From Vicinamibacteria bacterium (GTDB lineage Bacteria > Acidobacteriota > Vicinamibacteria > Fen-336), in the NCBI GenBank assembly GCA_963578825.1, contig CAUZDW010000007.1, forward strand, positions 28,449-92,448: 64,000 nt of DNA, given 5' to 3'. How positions within the stretch are numbered: position 1 is the stretch's first letter; each line of letters opens with the position of its first letter. This document shows positions 22,831 to 32,367 of the stretch, in pieces. The notes under the pieces are model-generated. The model was not told the DNA's origin. It ran no database searches and saw only the letters and a program-made list of their open reading frames with translations. A program made the translations under genes and the position numbers.

Positions 22831-23042
22831 GGGTCGGATGGAACCGCCCCAGGAAGAGGAAGAACTCAGGCAGGGTGGTGCCGTCCTCGACCTGCAGGAA
22901 GGGGAGGAGTGTCAGGATCAGGATGACGGGGCGCCCACCGCAAGTGCCGGAGCGGGGGAGTGGTGCTCCCGTGAAGGCGGTTCGGAGGGCTGCACGTCAG
23001 GCGTTCTATCACTAAACGCGGGGAGGGGGGCGACCCGGAGAC

Positions 23043-23073
23043 ACGAAAGGCGGCCACTCTGGCCGCCTTTCGT
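23043..23073 (-). terminator. Intrinsic terminator-like hairpin after recA
   Basis: 14-bp perfect stem ACGAAAGGCGGCCA-CTC-TGGCCGCCTTTCGT, 12 nt downstream of the recA stop. Confidence 0.75.
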
Positions 23074-23085
23074 CTCCAGCGAAGA

Positions 23086-24162
23086 TCAGGCCTTTTTCTT
23101 CTCCGGCATCTGGACCACCGTGCCCTTCTCCTGCCTCCCGGCTGCTTCGGGGAGGGCGTCGAGAGCGGGAAGGCCGAGGCCCTGGCGGAGCCGGGTCTCG
23201 ATCTCCTGGCGGATGTCCTCGTGTTCCTTCAGGAACACGCGGACGTTTTCGCGGCCCTGTCCCATCCGCTCGCCGTCGAAGGAGTACCAGGCGCCCGATT
23301 TCTCGACGATCCGTTGGGCGACGCCCAGGTCGAGGAGGTCGCTCTCCTTGCTGATGCCGATGCCGTAGAGGATGTCGAACTCCGCCTCTCGGAAGGGCGA
23401 CGCGACCTTGTTCTTGACCACCTTCACCCGGGTCCGGTTGCCCACGACTGCGTCGGAGTCCTTGATCGCGGCGATGCGGCGGATGTCGAGGCGCATCGAG
23501 GCGTAGAACTTGAGGGCCCGGCCGCCCGTCGTGGTCTCGGGGTTTCCGAACATGACGCCGATCTTCTCGCGTAGCTGGTTGATGAAGACCAGGCAGGTCT
23601 TGCTCTTCGACACGACCGAGGTGAGCTTGCGCAGCGCCTGACTCATGAGGCGGGCCTGGAGGCCCATCTGGGCGTCGCCCATCTCGCCCTCGAGCTCGGC
23701 ACGGGGGACGAGCGCCGCCACCGAGTCGATGACGAGGACGTCCACGGCGCCGGAGCGGATGAGGACCTCCGTGATCTCCAGGGCCTGCTCGCCGCTGTCG
23801 GGCTGGGACACCAGGAGGTTGTCGATGTCCACGCCGAGCTTCTTGGAGTACCCTGCATCCAGCGCGTGCTCGGCGTCCACGAACGCAGCCATGCCGCCGC
23901 GCTTCTGGGCCTCGGCGATCACGTGGAGCGCCAGGGTCGTCTTGCCCGAGGACTCCGGGCCGAAGATCTCGACCACGCGTCCGCGGGGGAACCCACCCAC
24001 ACCCAGCGCGGCGTCGAGGGAGAGCGAGCCGGTGGGAATCGCGGGGATGTCCAGCTTGTCCTGGCTCCCCAGCCGCATGACCGAGCCCCTGCCGAATTGC
24101 TTGTCGATCTGCGCGAGGGCGGCCTCGATCGCCTTGCCCCGCTCGTTCTTCTCATCTGCCAT
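23086..24162 (-). CDS. recA: Recombinase RecA
   Basis: GPESSGKTT Walker [33 protein letters not shown]. Confidence 0.99.
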   Translation of the reverse strand: MADEKNERGKAIEAALAQIDKQFGRGSVMRLGSQDKLDIPAIPTGSLSLDAALGVGGFPRGRVVEIFGPESSGKTTLALHVIAEAQKRGGMAAFVDAEHALDAGYSKKLGVDIDNLLVSQPDSGEQALEITEVLIRSGAVDVLVIDSVAALVPRAELEGEMGDAQMGLQARLMSQALRKLTSVVSKSKTCLVFINQLREKIGVMFGNPETTTGGRALKFYASMRLDIRRIAAIKDSDAVVGNRTRVKVVKNKVASPFREAEFDILYGIGISKESDLLDLGVAQRIVEKSGAWYSFDGERMGQGRENVRVFLKEHEDIRQEIETRLRQGLGLPALDALPEAAGRQEKGTVVQMPEKKKA

Positions 24163-24552
24163 CGGTCGTCTCCTCTTCAGTGTCTTCAGTTGCGGAGAGG
24201 CACACCCTCGACGTTAGGCGGCGATCGTAGTCCGAGTGACGGTCAACCCGGGTCCAAAAAGGGAGGCAATTTTCGATCGCATCGAGGCCTCAAGTAGGGT
24301 CCGCTGCCTGGGAAGGGGCTGAGGGCCCCCACTACAGGATGTGGGGTCGACCGCAACGCGCTCTCGCAGAGCTTTGCCCTGGCGAAAGACCTGCGCTTGC
24401 GGTCCAGGCTTGCGGCCCTGGTTAAGGCTGTGTGTTGGATCCATTTAGGCCGACTCGAAGGCGTAATCCAGAAATATGGATCGGTTTCGAAAAAAAGTTG
24501 GATCCCCGTAACCCCCTCTGCTAGAATCTCTTGTTAGAGAAGCGGATCCGGG

Positions 24553-25374
24553 ATGCTTCTGAGCGTCCTGCTCGAGGTCCGGGGCCACAATCCAAACAAG
24601 GGGAAGCAGTTGAAGGCTGCCGGTTCACGCAAGAAGACAAAGGGTTCAGTCCGTTCCACATCTCGGAAAGCCGCTGGGAAGCCGAAGCGGAGCAGCGCGT
24701 CCAAGAGGACGGCGAACAGCAAGAAGCGCACTGCCGCGAGCAAGAAGCGGCACTCGACGGGCAAGAAGCGCACCGCAAGCACCAAGCGGCCTGCGGCCAG
24801 GAAGAAGACGGCTCCTTCCACGGCCAGGACCAAGCGGACCCGCACGCCCGTACGCCGGGCGAGGACGTCGACCCCGGCCCGCGCTGCGCATCCCAAGGCC
24901 GCGCCCAAGAAGCGCCAGCGCATCCCCTCTCCGCTGCCCACGAAGCACGTGGCGCCCCCTCGGGGCACGGTGGCGCTGCGCGCCCGATCCATGCCTCCGC
25001 GGGCAGGGCAGCGTCGTCCCTTCGGCGCACCGGGGCTGCGGCCCTCGGTCGCCCTCCCGGAGTTCTCGGAGGCGGGCGTCCTTCTGGTCATCACCTACTC
25101 CATTCGCTACGGGCGCCGGGGCGAGTTTTTCGATCTCATACGGGAGCTGAAGCCGCTCCTGACCTCGATCGGCGGCACGGACGTCGCCGTGTACGAGGAC
25201 CGCAGCCGCCCGAACTACCTGATGGAGGTCTTCCGCTTCAAGGACGAGGCGGAGTTCACGGCCTTCGACGACAAGTTTCACAAGGACCGGAAGATCGCGG
25301 CCATCTACACCCTCCTCGACGACATCGTCGAGGCGGAAAAGAGCGACTTCAAGATCTTCGAGCGGCGCCTGTAG
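24553..25374 (+). CDS. Hypothetical protein: Lys/Arg/Ala-rich low-complexity N-terminus + small alpha/beta C-terminal domain
   Basis: KKRTAASKKRHSTGKKRTASTKRPAARKK tract followed by a globular LVITYSIRYG...YLMEVFRF domain; start uncertain (possibly TTG ~24610). Confidence 0.7.
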   Translation: MLLSVLLEVRGHNPNKGKQLKAAGSRKKTKGSVRSTSRKAAGKPKRSSASKRTANSKKRTAASKKRHSTGKKRTASTKRPAARKKTAPSTARTKRTRTPVRRARTSTPARAAHPKAAPKKRQRIPSPLPTKHVAPPRGTVALRARSMPPRAGQRRPFGAPGLRPSVALPEFSEAGVLLVITYSIRYGRRGEFFDLIRELKPLLTSIGGTDVAVYEDRSRPNYLMEVFRFKDEAEFTAFDDKFHKDRKIAAIYTLLDDIVEAEKSDFKIFERRL

Positions 25375-25410
25375 CCCGCCGCTCGGTCCCCGGCCCCGTG
25401 CGAGCGTAAG

Positions 25411-25974
25411 ATGCCGTCGCCCATCGCCCACGGTCTCGTCGGCCTCACGGTCCACGTCCTCGCCTCGAAAGACCGCGAGGAGCTTCGCGACCCCTGGCGC
25501 ATCGGCGTCACCGTTGGTGCGGCGCTGGTGCCGGACGTCGATCTGCTCTTCAAGTTCGTCGACGGAGCCAACCACCACAACAACGAGTCCCACTCCCTCG
25601 GGTTCGCGTTGCTGGCGGCTGTGGCCGTGGCCCTGGCCTTTCGCCTGTCGGGCTGGCGCCGGCCCCTGATCCTGGCGCTGGCCGTGGGCCTGGCCTGGTC
25701 CAGCCACGTGCTGCTCGACGTTCTCAACCTGGACACCCACCCGCCGATCGGCGTGCTGGCCCTGTGGCCCTTCTCCGACGCCTATTACAAGTCGCCTTTT
25801 CTCCTATTCCTCGACATCGGGCGTACACTGGACTGGACTGCGGTCAAGCACAACACGGTTTCGGCGGCCTGGGAGTGCGTCGTTCTGGTCCCTGCTCTGC
25901 TGGCCGCCTGGCGCTACCGCACGCGACACTTGGAGAAGCCCCCATGGCGCGAGGGTACGAAAGTAAATCCGTAG
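25411..25974 (+). CDS. Metal-dependent hydrolase (YdjM-like membrane protein)
   Basis: MPSPIAH, LVPDVD, SHSL, SHVLLD, LWPFS. Confidence 0.85.
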   Translation: MPSPIAHGLVGLTVHVLASKDREELRDPWRIGVTVGAALVPDVDLLFKFVDGANHHNNESHSLGFALLAAVAVALAFRLSGWRRPLILALAVGLAWSSHVLLDVLNLDTHPPIGVLALWPFSDAYYKSPFLLFLDIGRTLDWTAVKHNTVSAAWECVVLVPALLAAWRYRTRHLEKPPWREGTKVNP

Positions 25975-26180
25975 CCGCCCAGCAGGAGCTGGCGGACGAA
26001 CCTCGGGCGCGGACTCCCGAGGATGAGGAGGAGCCGGGCGTTCGCGCCCGGCGCCGGCGCCTGGAGCTCTCCCGGGCGGACATCCAGCAGCGTCTGGAGT
26101 CGGCACAGGCCAAGCCTCATCGGGAGATGCTGAGCCGGGCCCTCGCCGCCCTCGACAAGGAGATCTCCTCGATTCGTTGA
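25944..26180 (+). CDS. Small conserved hypothetical protein
   Basis: MARGYESKSVAAQQ...ALAALDKEI; fits between neighbours on the same strand. Confidence 0.65.
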   Translation: MARGYESKSVAAQQELADEPRARTPEDEEEPGVRARRRRLELSRADIQQRLESAQAKPHREMLSRALAALDKEISSIR

Positions 26181-26192
26181 CGCTCGCCCACT

Positions 26193-28274
26193 GTGATCAC
26201 CCGGAACTACCCCCTCCCGCCTGTCCTTGCCGTCGTCGCACTGGCCTTCGCGGGTGGGACCGCCGCCGCCGCCGATTCCCTTCCTCGCAACGCCGAAGCG
26301 GTGGCGAGCTACGACATCCGGGTCAGGCTCGACCACGAGCACAAGAGGCTCATTGGCGAGGAGCGCCTCGTCTGGCGCAATCCCTCCTCCGACACGGTCG
26401 ACGAGCTGTGGTTTCACCTCTATCTCAACGCCTTCCGAAACTCAGAGAGCACGTTCTACCGCGAGTCGGGGGGACGGCCGAGTCGGGGCCGGATCGGGGA
26501 CGACGCCTGGGGGGGCATCGACATCACCTCGATCCGGCTGGCCGATGGAACAGACCTGGCCGGGGCGATGTCGTTCGAGCATCCCGACGACGACAATGCC
26601 GACGACCGGACCGTCCTCCGGGTCCGCCTGCCCCAGCCCGTGGCGCCCGGGATGAGCGTCACCCTCGACGTGGATTTCGAGGCGCGGATACCGGGGGCGC
26701 TGGTCCGCACCGGGTACGTCCGGGACTACTTCCTCGTGGGTCAGTGGTTTCCCAAGCTGGGCGTGTACGAGCCGGCGGGGAGGCGCGGGCGGGTGGAGGG
26801 GGGATGAAACTGCCACCAGTTTCACCCGCACTCCGAGTTCTACGCGGACTTCGGCGACTACCGGGTCGCGATCACCCTTCCGGAGCACTTCGTGGTCGGG
26901 GCGACCGGCCGGCGCGTCGAGCGCCGCGACAACGGCGACGGAACGCTCAAGCACGTGTTCGAGCAGGCCGAGGTCCACGACTTCGCGTGGACCGCCTCTC
27001 CCAAGTTCCTCCAGGTCCGGCGCACCTTCGTGGCCGACGAGGAGGTGACGCCGGAGGAGTACGCGGAGGCCGGTCGCCTTCTCGGACGGCCACCCGAGGA
27101 GATCCGCCTTCGTGACGTCGAGATCCTCCTGCTCCTCCAGCCGGCGCATCTCCCGCAGCAGGAGCGTCACATCAAGGCGGCGAAGACGGCTCTCAAGTGG
27201 TACGGCCTCTGGTACGGACGCTATCCCTACGACACCCTGACGATCGTCGATCCCGCTCCCGGCGGCGGCGGGTCCCTGGGCATGGAGTATCCGACCTTCT
27301 TCACGTCCGGAACGGTGTTCCTCTTCAACCACTGGCCCCTCGACCGGATCCTGGTGCCCGAAGACGTGATCGTCCACGAGCTCGGGCACCAGTACTGGCA
27401 GGGGATGGTGGCCACCAACGAGGCCGAGGAGGCCTGGCTGGACGAGGGCTTCACGACGTACTCGAGCGCAAAGGTGATGGTGAAGACATACGGGTCCGCC
27501 AGGATCCGGGTGCTGGGCCTCGAGCTCGGGCTGTTCGAGGGCCTGCGGGTCGTGAACCGGGCCGACCGGGTGTTCGCCCCCATCCGCGTGCCGGCCTGGG
27601 ACGTCTCCAGGGACTATCGCTTCGACATCTACACGAGGGCGACGCTCACCCTCCAGACCCTGGAGCGTCTCCTCGGCGAAGAGACGATGGCCCGGGTCAT
27701 GCGCACCTACCACGAGCGCTGGCGCTTCGCTCACCCCACGAGCGAGGACTTCTACGCGGTGGCCTCGGAGGTGTCCGGCCAGGATCTCTCCGGGTTCTTC
27801 CAGCGGACGATCGAGCAGCCAGGGTATTTGGACTATGCCGTTGCGTCGGTGACGACCACCCGGGACCTCGGGCCTCGGGGGATCCTGGAAGACGGGGCGG
27901 AAGCGACGCGGTCGTTCGTGGCGAGCCAGGACCCGGAGGACGAGGCGGACGAAGACGCCGAGGGCCCGTGGCGATCGATCGTGCGCGTCCGCCGCCTCGG
28001 CGAGGTGGTGCTGCCGGTGGAGGTGGAGCTGCAGTTCGAAGGCGGTCCCCCGGAGCACCGCGACTGGGATGGCCGCGACCGCTGGGTGAGCTACGAGGTC
28101 ACCCGACCCTATCGGCTCGTGGCCGCAGTGGTCGATCCCGAGGATCGCCTCGTCCTCGACGTGAACCGGCTCAACAACGCCCGTCGTGTCCGCCCCGACG
28201 GGCAGGCGGCCGCGTACTGGGGCGCCCGCGTGACGTTCTGGCTTAAGAGCGTGCTCGCCCTGGTGGGGCTGTGA
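26193..28274 (+). pseudogene. M1 family zinc aminopeptidase interrupted by an in-frame TGA (26805-26807)
   Basis: ORFs 26193-26807 and 26892-28274 are in the same frame; readthrough gives GG*NCHQFH.HSEFYADFG. GMEYP and HELGH...WLDEG motifs are intact. Confidence 0.8.
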
Positions 28275-29164
28275 TGCGGGTGGTCCTGGCACTCACGCGG
28301 CTGGGGCTGGGCCGACCCTGGTCGGCCCGCACGCTCGTCGCGGGAGTGTGGTTCATCCCTCTCGCCCTGGCAGCGGCCGCCGCGTTCCCCCTCTGGCGGG
28401 CGCTGGACTCGGTGCTCGGGCCGCTCCCGGAGGCGGACGTTCTGGGCACCGGCCTTCGCCTCGGAGCCCTGGCCGACCTCGCCGAGCTGCGGCCGGGGCT
28501 GGTGAGCGGCGTGGGCCTCACGATCGTGGCGATCGCCGCCCTGGGGCTGCTCGTGGGGGCCGCGGTCTCCGGAGGAGTGCTCGAGGTCCTGCGGAGCACC
28601 GACGACCGATCCCTCGGGCACCGCTTCGGTCGGGGAGCCGGACGCTTCTTCGGCCGGTTCGTGGGCGTGAGCCTCCTCGTGGGGCTCCTGGGCGGAGTGG
28701 TGGGGGCGGCCGCGGTGTATCCCTTCGTGACCCTCACCGGGAGCTACTTCCGTGCGGGCTGGGGGCCGGGGCGCTTTGCTCCCTACGGCGCCGCCCTCGT
28801 GGCCAGCCTCACCGTCCTGGCGGTCCTTCTCGTGCTCGACGCTGCCCGCATTCACATCGTGCGATCGGACGGGAGTGCGTGGGCCGGGCTCCGCGCGGGG
28901 CTCGGCCTGGTGTTTCGCCATCCTCTGGTTTTTATCGGCATGTGGTTCGCGAACGGCGTCCTCGTGACGGCGAGCGTCGGGCTGTTCTTGCTGTTCCGGG
29001 AGGTCGTGCCGTCCGGGAGCGGGCCGCTCATCCTCCCGATGGTGCTCGCTCAGCAGGCGTTCGCACTGGCCCGTACGGGCCTCCGAGTGGCGCTGCTCGC
29101 CAGCGAGTCCGCTCTGGTGGATGACCTGCTGCTGGCTCAGGCGGACTCTTCGTCCTTGGCCTGA
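28274..29164 (+). CDS. Hypothetical multi-pass membrane protein
   Basis: Several hydrophobic helices; TGATG coupling to the aminopeptidase. Confidence 0.7.
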   Translation: MRVVLALTRLGLGRPWSARTLVAGVWFIPLALAAAAAFPLWRALDSVLGPLPEADVLGTGLRLGALADLAELRPGLVSGVGLTIVAIAALGLLVGAAVSGGVLEVLRSTDDRSLGHRFGRGAGRFFGRFVGVSLLVGLLGGVVGAAAVYPFVTLTGSYFRAGWGPGRFAPYGAALVASLTVLAVLLVLDAARIHIVRSDGSAWAGLRAGLGLVFRHPLVFIGMWFANGVLVTASVGLFLLFREVVPSGSGPLILPMVLAQQAFALARTGLRVALLASESALVDDLLLAQADSSSLA

Positions 29165-29616
29165 GCCGGCCGCTGGGCAAAGCGGCCGAAGTACCGGCCG
29201 ACCACCACGCGGAACTGCGCGCGCATCTCCCCGTCCTCGATCTGCTCCGCCGCTTCGGCCACGACGGGTGGAAGCGGAGCCACGACACTCGGCGGAGACG
29301 GCGGCGTCTCCGGCTGCAGGGGCGCGGTGACCTGCCCTTCCGAGAACCCGAGGGATCGCGGGGCCGCCGACCCCACGATCCTTCTCAGGCGCGCCAGCAG
29401 GTCGGACCGCATCCTCCAGAGGCTCCGGCGCCAGGTCGCATCCGGAACACGGATGCGGAGCAGGTCCCCGTCCATGGCCACGACCTCCGAGCGTCGCGCC
29501 AGATCGGCGCCCACCGCCGCCGGCCACGCCGCCTTCAGCAAGGTGAGGCGGTGGGCCGGGGAGGCGCCGAAGAGATGGGCGGCCCGGTCAGAAGGGGTCG
29601 TGCGCTTCATCTTCAT
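29137..29616 (-). CDS. DUF721 / DciA-like protein
   Basis: AWPAAVGADLARRS...LRIRV.DATW...LLARL. Confidence 0.7.
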   Translation of the reverse strand: MKMKRTTPSDRAAHLFGASPAHRLTLLKAAWPAAVGADLARRSEVVAMDGDLLRIRVPDATWRRSLWRMRSDLLARLRRIVGSAAPRSLGFSEGQVTAPLQPETPPSPPSVVAPLPPVVAEAAEQIEDGEMRAQFRVVVGRYFGRFAQRPAQAKDEESA

Positions 29617-29661
29617 GGGTCTTCTCAGGCTCTACGTTATACTCGCCGTCGTTCGAACGCC

Positions 29662-30493
29662 ATGAAATGCCCCAAGTGCAAGACGTCGATCACCCAGTCC
29701 TTCGACCCTGACAGCATCGTCACGTGTCCCGGCTGCGGGTCGCGCCTCATGACTCGTGCGACGGCGCTGCGCTCGCAGGGAGGCCGGTCCCGGCGTTCCG
29801 CCCCGGCTCCGGTCCCCGATTCGGAGGGCACCGTGCCGACCATCCGCCCGGCGAAGGCGGGCGAGCAGGACGAGAAGGCGGACGCACCCGAGTCGGACGC
29901 GGCGGCCGCCCCGGCGCCCGGGCCCTCCCCCGACGCGCCGGCGGAAGGCGAGTCCATCGGGACGGCGGCCACGCTGGACGAGGTGCTGCGCGAGCTCCAG
30001 ATGCTCCGTGCCACCCAGCTTCAGATCCTGGACCTCGTGGGCCGCGGCAAGTCGATTCCGCCGTCGTCGGCGGCCACCCCGGACGACACCCAGATCCTGA
30101 GTCCGATCCGCGCACGACGGCAGAAGACCGTGCTCCTCGTGGACGACGACCCCAAGACCCGCGAAGCCGCCGAGAAAGAGCTGAAGCAGGCCGACGTCCC
30201 CGTTCGAAGCGTGGACGAGGGCAAGGCCGCCCTGGCGGCCATCGCCGCGGAGAAGCCGGACGTGATCATCCTCGAGCTGGGCCTCGGCGGTGAGATGGGG
30301 GGCAAGGACCTGATCAAGCATGATCAAGGCGACCATGGAGTGGGTTGACGTCCCGATCATCCTCTGGACGCGCGAGGCGGTGTCCACCCAGAAGGAGGCG
30401 CGCCAGGAGCACGGCGCGGACGAGCTCGTCACCAAGGTGAGCGGGGCGGGAGCGCTCGTGACCCGCGTCATCACCGTCTTCCGTGATGGCTGA
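29662..30493 (+). CDS. Zn-ribbon + response-regulator receiver protein, frameshifted near 30317
   Basis: MKCPKC...CPGCG; VLLVDDD...PDVIILE; continues in another frame as MIKATMEWVDVPIILWT...DELVTK to TGA 30491-30493. Confidence 0.75.
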
Positions 30494-31085
30494 GCCCGCT
30501 CCGGGGACGCCGCTCCTCGTTCTGGCCTCGGCCTCGCCCCGCCGCGCCCGCATCCTTCAGGAGTTGGGCGTCCCGTTCACCATGAGGGCGGCGAACATCG
30601 ACGAGTCGCTGCTGCCCGGAGAGGACGGCTCGACCGCAGCCGGGCGGCTCGCTCGCGCCAAGGCGCTTGCTGTCTCCGCGGATGAGGGCCTGCCCGTCCT
30701 GGCCGCCGACACGATCGTGCTCTGTGACGACGACGTCCTGGGCAAGCCGGTCGACGAGGAGGAGGCCCGTGCCATGCTGCGGCGGCTGAGCGGTCGCACG
30801 CACGAGGTGGTGACCGGAGTCTGTCTCGTGAGCCGGGACCAGACGCGTTCGGGTGTCGAGCGAACCCTTGTGACCCTTGCGCCGCTCACCGACCACGAGG
30901 TGGCCTGGTACGTCGCCACCGGCGAGCCCCTCGACAAGGCTGGTGCCTATCACATTGGAGGGAAAGGGGCGCTCTTCATCGAAGTGATCCAGGGCTCGCC
31001 CTCGAATGTCGCAGGCCTTCCGGTGCGCCTGCTTCTCCAGCTCGTCCGAGCCTCCGGCCTGGACCTGACCTGGCCGCAGTCGTAG
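30486..31085 (+). CDS. maf: Maf-family nucleoside triphosphate pyrophosphatase
   Basis: LVLASASPRR, LAADTIV, LGKP, LSGRTHEV, EPLDKAGAY, NVAGLP. Confidence 0.95.
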   Translation: MAEPAPGTPLLVLASASPRRARILQELGVPFTMRAANIDESLLPGEDGSTAAGRLARAKALAVSADEGLPVLAADTIVLCDDDVLGKPVDEEEARAMLRRLSGRTHEVVTGVCLVSRDQTRSGVERTLVTLAPLTDHEVAWYVATGEPLDKAGAYHIGGKGALFIEVIQGSPSNVAGLPVRLLLQLVRASGLDLTWPQS

Positions 31086-31090
31086 ATCCG

Positions 31091-31831
31091 CTAGCGGCCG
31101 AGGGCGAGTCGATCGGCGAGGGGGCCCGGCAGCCCGGCGTCGAGGATCTTCTTCTGGGTCTTCTCCACCCGGTACGGGACCCGATAGATCGTCACCGTCT
31201 TCGCATCGGAGTCGTACATGGCGAAGGAGGCGAGGGGGTTCCCGTCGCGAGGCTGGCCGATCGAACCGGGGTTCACCAGGTACCGCATGCCCGGCTCCAG
31301 GCGGATCCGAAACGTCGGCGATGTGGTGAGCATCGTGTGGATCGCGTCGGGCGAGAGGCCGAACACAACCGGGAAGTGGGAGTGGCCGAAGAAGCACAGC
31401 GGGAACGAGGTCTGGCGGAAGACGTTGAGGGCCTCGATCTCGCCGAAGATGTAGGCGTCCTCGTCGATCGGCGTGCCGTGTGCGATCGCGAAGGCCCCGT
31501 CGACCACGGCCGGGCCCTCGGGCAGCGAGTAGAGCCACTTGATGTTGGAGCTCGTCAGGCGGAGCCGGGTCCACTGGGCGGCCAGCAGCGCCACCCGGTT
31601 GAACATCTCGCCGTCCTCGACGCCCGAGCAGACCTTGTCATGGTTGCCGCGGATGGCCTGAAGGGGCTTGAGAGCCCGGACCATGTCCACCGTCTGGTTG
31701 GGGTTGGCGCCGTAGCCCACGAGGTCGCCGAGGAAGACGACCTTGTCCCACCGCTTCCGGCGCACCCTGGCCAGCACCGCGGACAACGCCTCGCGGTTGG
31801 CGTGGATATCCGAGAGGACCAGGTACCTCAT
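31091..31831 (-). CDS. Metallophosphoesterase
   Basis: LSDIHAN, LGDLVGY, GNHD, GHSH, NPGSIGQPRDG. Confidence 0.92.
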   Translation of the reverse strand: MRYLVLSDIHANREALSAVLARVRRKRWDKVVFLGDLVGYGANPNQTVDMVRALKPLQAIRGNHDKVCSGVEDGEMFNRVALLAAQWTRLRLTSSNIKWLYSLPEGPAVVDGAFAIAHGTPIDEDAYIFGEIEALNVFRQTSFPLCFFGHSHFPVVFGLSPDAIHTMLTTSPTFRIRLEPGMRYLVNPGSIGQPRDGNPLASFAMYDSDAKTVTIYRVPYRVEKTQKKILDAGLPGPLADRLALGR

Positions 31832-32367
31832 GGCTTCGCGGCGTTCTCCCGGGCGGCGCGCTTCTCGATCAAGTCCACAATGCGCTCAGCAACCCCAGCC
31901 GGGGTCGTCCCCCGGCCGGGGTCCACGACCAGATCAGCCAGGCAGTAGGAGGGCTCGCGCTCGGCCAGCAAGGCCCGCATTATCGCACGGCTCCCGGCCA
32001 GGGGGCGGGTCCCATCGGGGCGGATCCGCTCGACCAGCGTGTCGAGGTCGATGCGGATCCAGACCGTGACCGCCCCCTCCTGGAGCCGGGCTCGGGTCCC
32101 GGGTCGGGCGAACGCGCCCCCTCCCGTGGCGATCACGCGGCGGTCGAGCTGGGCCAGGGAAGCCGCCTCGCGCTCCTCCTCCTCGCGGAAGGCCTCTTCG
32201 CCTCGCTCCTCGAACAGCGCCGGGATCGAGCGACGGGTCCGCTTCTCGATGCGCCGGTCCATGTCCTCGAACTGGTAGCCGAGCCGCTGGGCCAGCCGGG
32301 CGCCGACGACACTCTTGCCTGCTCCCATGAACCCCACCAGGACGATCCGGGCGGGAAGCTCACCCAC
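31828..32367 (-). CDS. aroK: Shikimate kinase
   Basis: LVGFMGAGKS, GEEAFR, ATGGG, TRPL. Confidence 0.95.
   Translation of the reverse strand: MGELPARIVLVGFMGAGKSVVGARLAQRLGYQFEDMDRRIEKRTRRSIPALFEERGEEAFREEEEREAASLAQLDRRVIATGGGAFARPGTRARLQEGAVTVWIRIDLDTLVERIRPDGTRPLAGSRAIMRALLAEREPSYCLADLVVDPGRGTTPAGVAERIVDLIEKRAARENAAKP

Noticed and set aside
24163-24550. LexA/SOS box upstream of recA
   Set aside because: I found no convincing GTTC-N7-GTTC, CTGT-N8-ACAG or GAAC-N4-GTTC match by eye.
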